A stretch of 64,000 bases of DNA, taken from assembly GCA_951804945.1 (NCBI GenBank), contig OX638158.1:37448001-37512000 (forward strand), read 5' to 3'. Both the position numbers and the translations under genes were made by a program. The stretch is from Podarcis cretensis. Its lineage: Eukaryota. The notes beneath the pieces are model-generated. The model worked only from the letters and a program-made list of their open reading frames with translations, did no database searches and had not been told where the DNA came from. Shown here in pieces: positions 61,003-64,000 of the stretch (its first letter is position 1; every line of letters starts with the position of its first letter).

Positions 61003-63316
61003 CTTAACTGTGGATGGTAGCATGCCATGGTCAGGGTGTAAACTCTAGGTCATTTCTGAACAAGTTAAAAAACAGCAGTTCCGATACAGATCCCTGTTTC
61101 ATTTCTTGACAGTGAAAACTGTCCATTTACACCTAGTCTCTTCTATCTGCTCTTTAACCATTTACTGATGCATCAGCTAAGCTTAACACATTGTCACTCT
61201 TACCTTTGTGAGCACAGGGATGAAATCTATGGAAGGCATAGGCTGGACAAGGTGATCCTTTATAGCACTGAAGAAACTGGTCACAAAACTGAGGCTCACC
61301 TAAGTAAGAGAATCTTATTCAAGATGTCCTTTGGATGAAAGATTCGACTGCAAGGCACTAAATGAGCTCTGAGCTTTTATAATTCAGTGGAAGAAAAATG
61401 TAAAGCATAGTGAGCACATTCAGCTTCACTACTCCAAACAAATACCCAGGGATGATTTGTTGTGTATTTGAATGCAACATTTGCTACATAGACTATAAGT
61501 GAGCCATTGTTGCTTTAAGAAATGCACTAGAAGATGTAATTCCACAGGTCTTATATGTCTAATTTCCCCGAAGGGAGTATTTAAATAGAAGGACCCACAC
61601 TGCTTTGAGCTTGTTAATATAGTTCTGATTTAACTATTGTATTAAAGCCGTATAATGAAAAGCCACAGTGCTGATACATGTTGTTTAGTGTCAATCTACA
61701 AATTAGAGTGTTTTCTCACCTGATTTAACTCCTCTAGGTTGGCAAACAGTAGCCCAGAGTCCACATCCGAGAGAAACGCCTTGCATTGCAGGTACCTTAA
61801 TGTATCCATAAATATCTTCAGAAAACACATCAATGCCTAGTTAGTTATTTCTTCTCCAAATCCCTGAACCTCAGGGTTGCTACAGATTTCCTTTTCCATA
61901 AAACATTCCTTACCCAAGTTCATTATAGCTCTAGTAAACATAACAAATGGGCTTCATTTGTCATCTTGCTGCTATACACCTGCCTCTAGCACTTAACAAA
62001 CATTCATTCCTCCTTGCCCTGAAACTTGAAATCTTTCCCCACAGACCCTCCATGCATGCGCTAAACACATAAGCAGTCACATTCTAGGAAACATTGCAGA
62101 TTCTGTATTGCTGACAAGCTGAAGAGAGCAATTTCCTTGTCTCGGTAAAATGGCCACTCAATTAATTTGAATCAAGCTATCCTGATGGCTTAGATTCTAA
62201 AGCATTTAGGCTGCAATCCTTATACGTTAACCAAGGAGTAAGTCTCACTGAACTAAGTGAGCCTTACATCTAGTAAACAGGTATAGCCAAGCTATTCAAG
62301 TGGCATATAATATTCTTGAGGATGAGGCATTTTCATCATAACAGGACTTTCCATGGAATACTTTGCTGGTCTCTGAAAACATTCTCTTTGAAAGACCCAA
62401 CTGCTGATATGGTGAAAATAACCTGGTCTCTGAAAACATTCTCTTTGAAAGACCCAACTGCTGATATGGTGAAAATAACCTTGTTCTAATTATCATTCAA
62501 AACAAGTGATTTTGTTCACTTGCTCAGGAATTTAAATGCTGTTATGAATTTTGGGGTAGATGGGTCAGAGGCTGTATGCCTGAGCCCCCTTCTAATTCCT
62601 GGATCCAGCACAGATTCAGTTCCTGGAATAGCTAGGTTAGCTCCCAGGTGAGGTAATGACCTTCTGAGTATGGGCCATTAAGGTAACAAAGGAAGTGGCT
62701 CTGTGCCAGACAGAAAATGGGTGGAGCCCCCTCCCTCAACATACTGGTAGTTAGAAAGACAAATTCCAGAGTTGTGTGTGCAAGCCAAAAGTGAGAAGCT
62801 TTTTTTTTAAAGCAGAAGTTGGATGGTCACCTATTGGGAAAGTTGGAGCAGTGAATCTCCTGCATCAGTTGGAGGTTAGATGCCCTTCCAAGTCTGTGAC
62901 CCAATTTTCTAACAAGTGATGGCTCTGTAGCTGAATGGCCCAATGCACTTTCTAACCTGTAGCCTGTTTTTAACGCTTGTCAGAATATGCTCCAGTGAGC
63001 TGCAAGACAGAGATCCGTGTTTAAGTACTGCTATGAGCCAATTGCAAAAGGCTGCCTCCTGCAGGAACAAACGGTTGTGTGAAGGTACTTCCCATTTAGA
63101 TTGATAGCTAGTGACATAGCGAACACCCCACAATGGGAAGGAAACGGTTGCAAAATCCAAGCCTACCATTTTGAGAACCTGGAGATGATCAAGAAGGTAG
63201 GTGCATTCAGTTGTGAAAAGCTCCCACAAGGCTTCTTCCTTCTTAGTATCTAACTGATCACTGCTGGCTTTTGGCTCAAGCTGATGCATATTCATGATTT
63301 CCTGCCAAGTTTTACC
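52284..63316 (-). CDS. PLEKHG7: Pleckstrin homology and RhoGEF domain containing G7, 3' part (11 exons, 427 aa + stop; 5' exons outside window)
   Basis: Phase-consistent GT-AG exons encode a DH domain (EEALWELFTTECTY; LFANLEEL; ELLVAPLHKLTRYPLLLKNI), a PH domain (VYLFLFDDLLLITK; VLDQPIPLDR) and the C-terminus LPAESSEI*. PLEKHG7 is the known convergent neighbour of EEA1 in vertebrates. Confidence 0.93.
52642..52739 (-). CDS. PLEKHG7: PLEKHG7 exon (FGLRNAFLIQHRNRFQQCIATFLLQAQTESLK)
   Basis: tttcttag / AAA|gtaagt, 98 nt. Confidence 0.94.
53645..54242 (+). mobile_element. RTE-BovB LINE, 5'-truncated 3' end, in a PLEKHG7 intron (antisense to the gene)
   Basis: Uninterrupted ORF FTFLGSMITADGDSSHEIKRRLLLGRKAMTNLDSILKSRDITLPTKVRIVKAM...HGVTKSRTRLND*, (CAA)n tail, perfect 13-bp TSD ACATATATGCCAT. 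Confidence 0.95.
54315..54474 (-). CDS. PLEKHG7: PLEKHG7 exon (KSVVSDLSLTPVGPFFTPELQSLLEGGGYCTVLDQPIPLDRMVVRNIESFHIT)
   Basis: ctgtttcag / CAG|gtatgt, 160 nt. Confidence 0.93.
54837..55067 (+). mobile_element. Sauria SINE, 5'-truncated
   Basis: Matches the 3' two-thirds of the 20178 copy; 14-bp TSD TACTTTCAGATGTC (54823-54836, 55068-55081). Confidence 0.9.
55471..55550 (-). CDS. PLEKHG7: PLEKHG7 exon (HMRLVDVYLFLFDDLLLITKPNRHKK)
   Basis: ttcctcag / AAG|gtaaga, 80 nt; PH domain beta strands. Confidence 0.94.
56903..56996 (-). CDS. PLEKHG7: PLEKHG7 exon (CLKNLLRENPNENILSPTKRFLVHEGRLTLA)
   Basis: caccag / CAG|gtaaag, 94 nt. Confidence 0.93.
57299..57460 (-). mobile_element. L2-like LINE 3' tail with (TAA)n microsatellite
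   Basis: (TAA)n run followed by ATTTGTACCCCACCCATCTGGCTGGGTTTCCCCAGCCACTCTGGGCGGCT; a shorter relative lies at about 3270-3313. Family assignment from recall. Confidence 0.6.
57860..57975 (-). CDS. PLEKHG7: PLEKHG7 exon (DLEGKVKWLDNFQKFKQLQEIIVWPSLWDQEKRFFVPE)
   Basis: ttttcag / GAG|gtaagc, 116 nt. Confidence 0.95.
58649..58820 (-). CDS. PLEKHG7: PLEKHG7 exon (WCEQNERCKRLHLAELLVAPLHKLTRYPLLLKNIWKNTEAAEKSVIGTIKEKVEKSI)
   Basis: tcgatag / A|gtgagt, 172 nt; conserved DH region 3. Confidence 0.95.
59599..59712 (-). CDS. PLEKHG7: PLEKHG7 exon (YFQGNLCQSHQMYCLNYTSAIFYLEKLKKREDFGIYLK)
   Basis: tcttgtag / AAA|gtaaag, 114 nt. Confidence 0.94.
59759..59857. mobile_element. Short retroelement insertion (Penelope-like terminal fragment, tentative)
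   Basis: 99-bp insert bounded by a perfect 12-bp direct repeat TATCAAAAACTA (59747-59758, 59858-59869); CTGAAGAAG...CACGAAAGCTCA...TAAGGTGCTAC resembles Penelope terminal repeats. Confidence 0.6.
60971..61000. repeat. (AC)15 microsatellite
   Basis: Directly visible. Confidence 0.95.
61204..61299 (-). CDS. PLEKHG7: PLEKHG7 exon (VSLSFVTSFFSAIKDHLVQPMPSIDFIPVLTK)
   Basis: cttacttag / AAG|gtaaga, 96 nt. Confidence 0.9.
61720..61815 (-). CDS. PLEKHG7: PLEKHG7 exon (IFMDTLRYLQCKAFLSDVDSGLLFANLEELNQ)
   Basis: ttctgaag / CAG|gtgaga, 96 nt. Confidence 0.93.
62366..62479. repeat. Perfect 57-bp tandem duplication (2 copies)
   Basis: CTGGTCTCTGAAAACATTCTCTTTGAAAGACCCAACTGCTGATATGGTGAAAATAAC twice, no mismatch. 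Confidence 0.95.
63167..63316 (-). CDS. PLEKHG7: PLEKHG7 exon (GKTWQEIMNMHQLEPKASSDQLDTKKEEALWELFTTECTYLLDHLQVLKM)
   Basis: ctgatag acceptor / ATG|gtaggc donor, 150 nt; start of DH domain. Confidence 0.9.
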
Positions 63317-64000
63317 CTATCAGTTGAGAGCACAAACACAAATATTTATGCACATTTCCATACAAACAGCTCTTCCGTTCAATCACTGAAGCTGTTGTTG
63401 GTGCTAAATACCCTTGTTTGGGTTGCCATTGGCTTCTGCTTCTGCTTCAGTGTTACATTGTAAAAGACTCTTAAAGTATACTTAGAAGTACTCAACAATT
63501 TACACCGAAAAGAAGTATGTCTACTGAGAAGTTCATACATTCATGCATATGTGTATATTTTCTTCCAGATGACTAGTTTATTGAGCATTTATCCCAATTT
63601 GTTTATGGAGTGTTTATACACGTTCCCATTCATCCACCCCACATTTTTCACTATGTCTCTTTCCTAACTGTAAGAAGGAAGAGTTTTTATTAAAGTGGAT
63701 TTGTGGTGCTGTCACAAAGGTGACAGAGGGCTTATCTGTGTTTCCGCTTCTCCTGCTGCTTTCCCTTGAGGAAAACAGTTCTTTAGTGCCAAGTCAGAGC
63801 AAATGTCAAGTTGGGTTTCCCCCGGATTGCCGTTTGTTCCAATTGAACACTAAAGAGCGGGTTTTCCCTCGGAAAGGAGCGGGTCAAGCGTAAAACTGCT
63901 CAGACCTGTGCTTCCTAGGCACAGCACATGTGGAAGTGTGAATGAGCCCAGAGTGCCTTTATCTACTTCAATTGCACAAACCTAAAGTTTCAGTATGCAC

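Noticed and set aside
1-64000. CRISPR arrays, operons or prokaryotic defence systems
   Set aside because: Sequence is intron-rich vertebrate DNA; repeats are microsatellites and transposons with no repeat-spacer periodicity
63317-64000. Possible further upstream PLEKHG7 exon near the mildly CpG-containing 63.7-63.9 kb stretch
   Set aside because: No convincing splice sites or recognisable peptide found

Overview
This is vertebrate (non-prokaryotic) genomic DNA. The repeat set (Sauria/Squam1 SINEs, a Squam3-type SINE, BovB, CR1, L2, Tc1/mariner and hAT MITEs) points to a squamate, probably a lacertid lizard. The window holds a complete EEA1 gene on the + strand: a CpG-island promoter at about 4.0-5.15 kb and 29 GT-AG coding exons from 4562 to 46868. 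These splice in phase to 4236 nt, or 1411 aa, with an N-terminal C2H2 zinc finger, a long coiled coil and a C-terminal FYVE domain. Tail-to-tail on the - strand lie the last 11 coding exons of PLEKHG7 (DH-PH RhoGEF, 63316 to 52284); its 5' part is outside the window. The most notable observation is a second, diverged copy of the EEA1 Rab5-binding C2H2 zinc-finger exon in intron 2 (10485-10607). It is frame-preserving, has intact Zn ligands and Rab-contact residues, and is followed by a UGG-rich tract, consistent with a regulated cassette exon giving a double-zinc-finger tether. Also noted: a perfect 23-bp GCC/GGC stem bracketing the start codon and first splice donor, a young inverted SINE pair around in-frame exons 3-11, and near-abutting convergent poly(A) signals.
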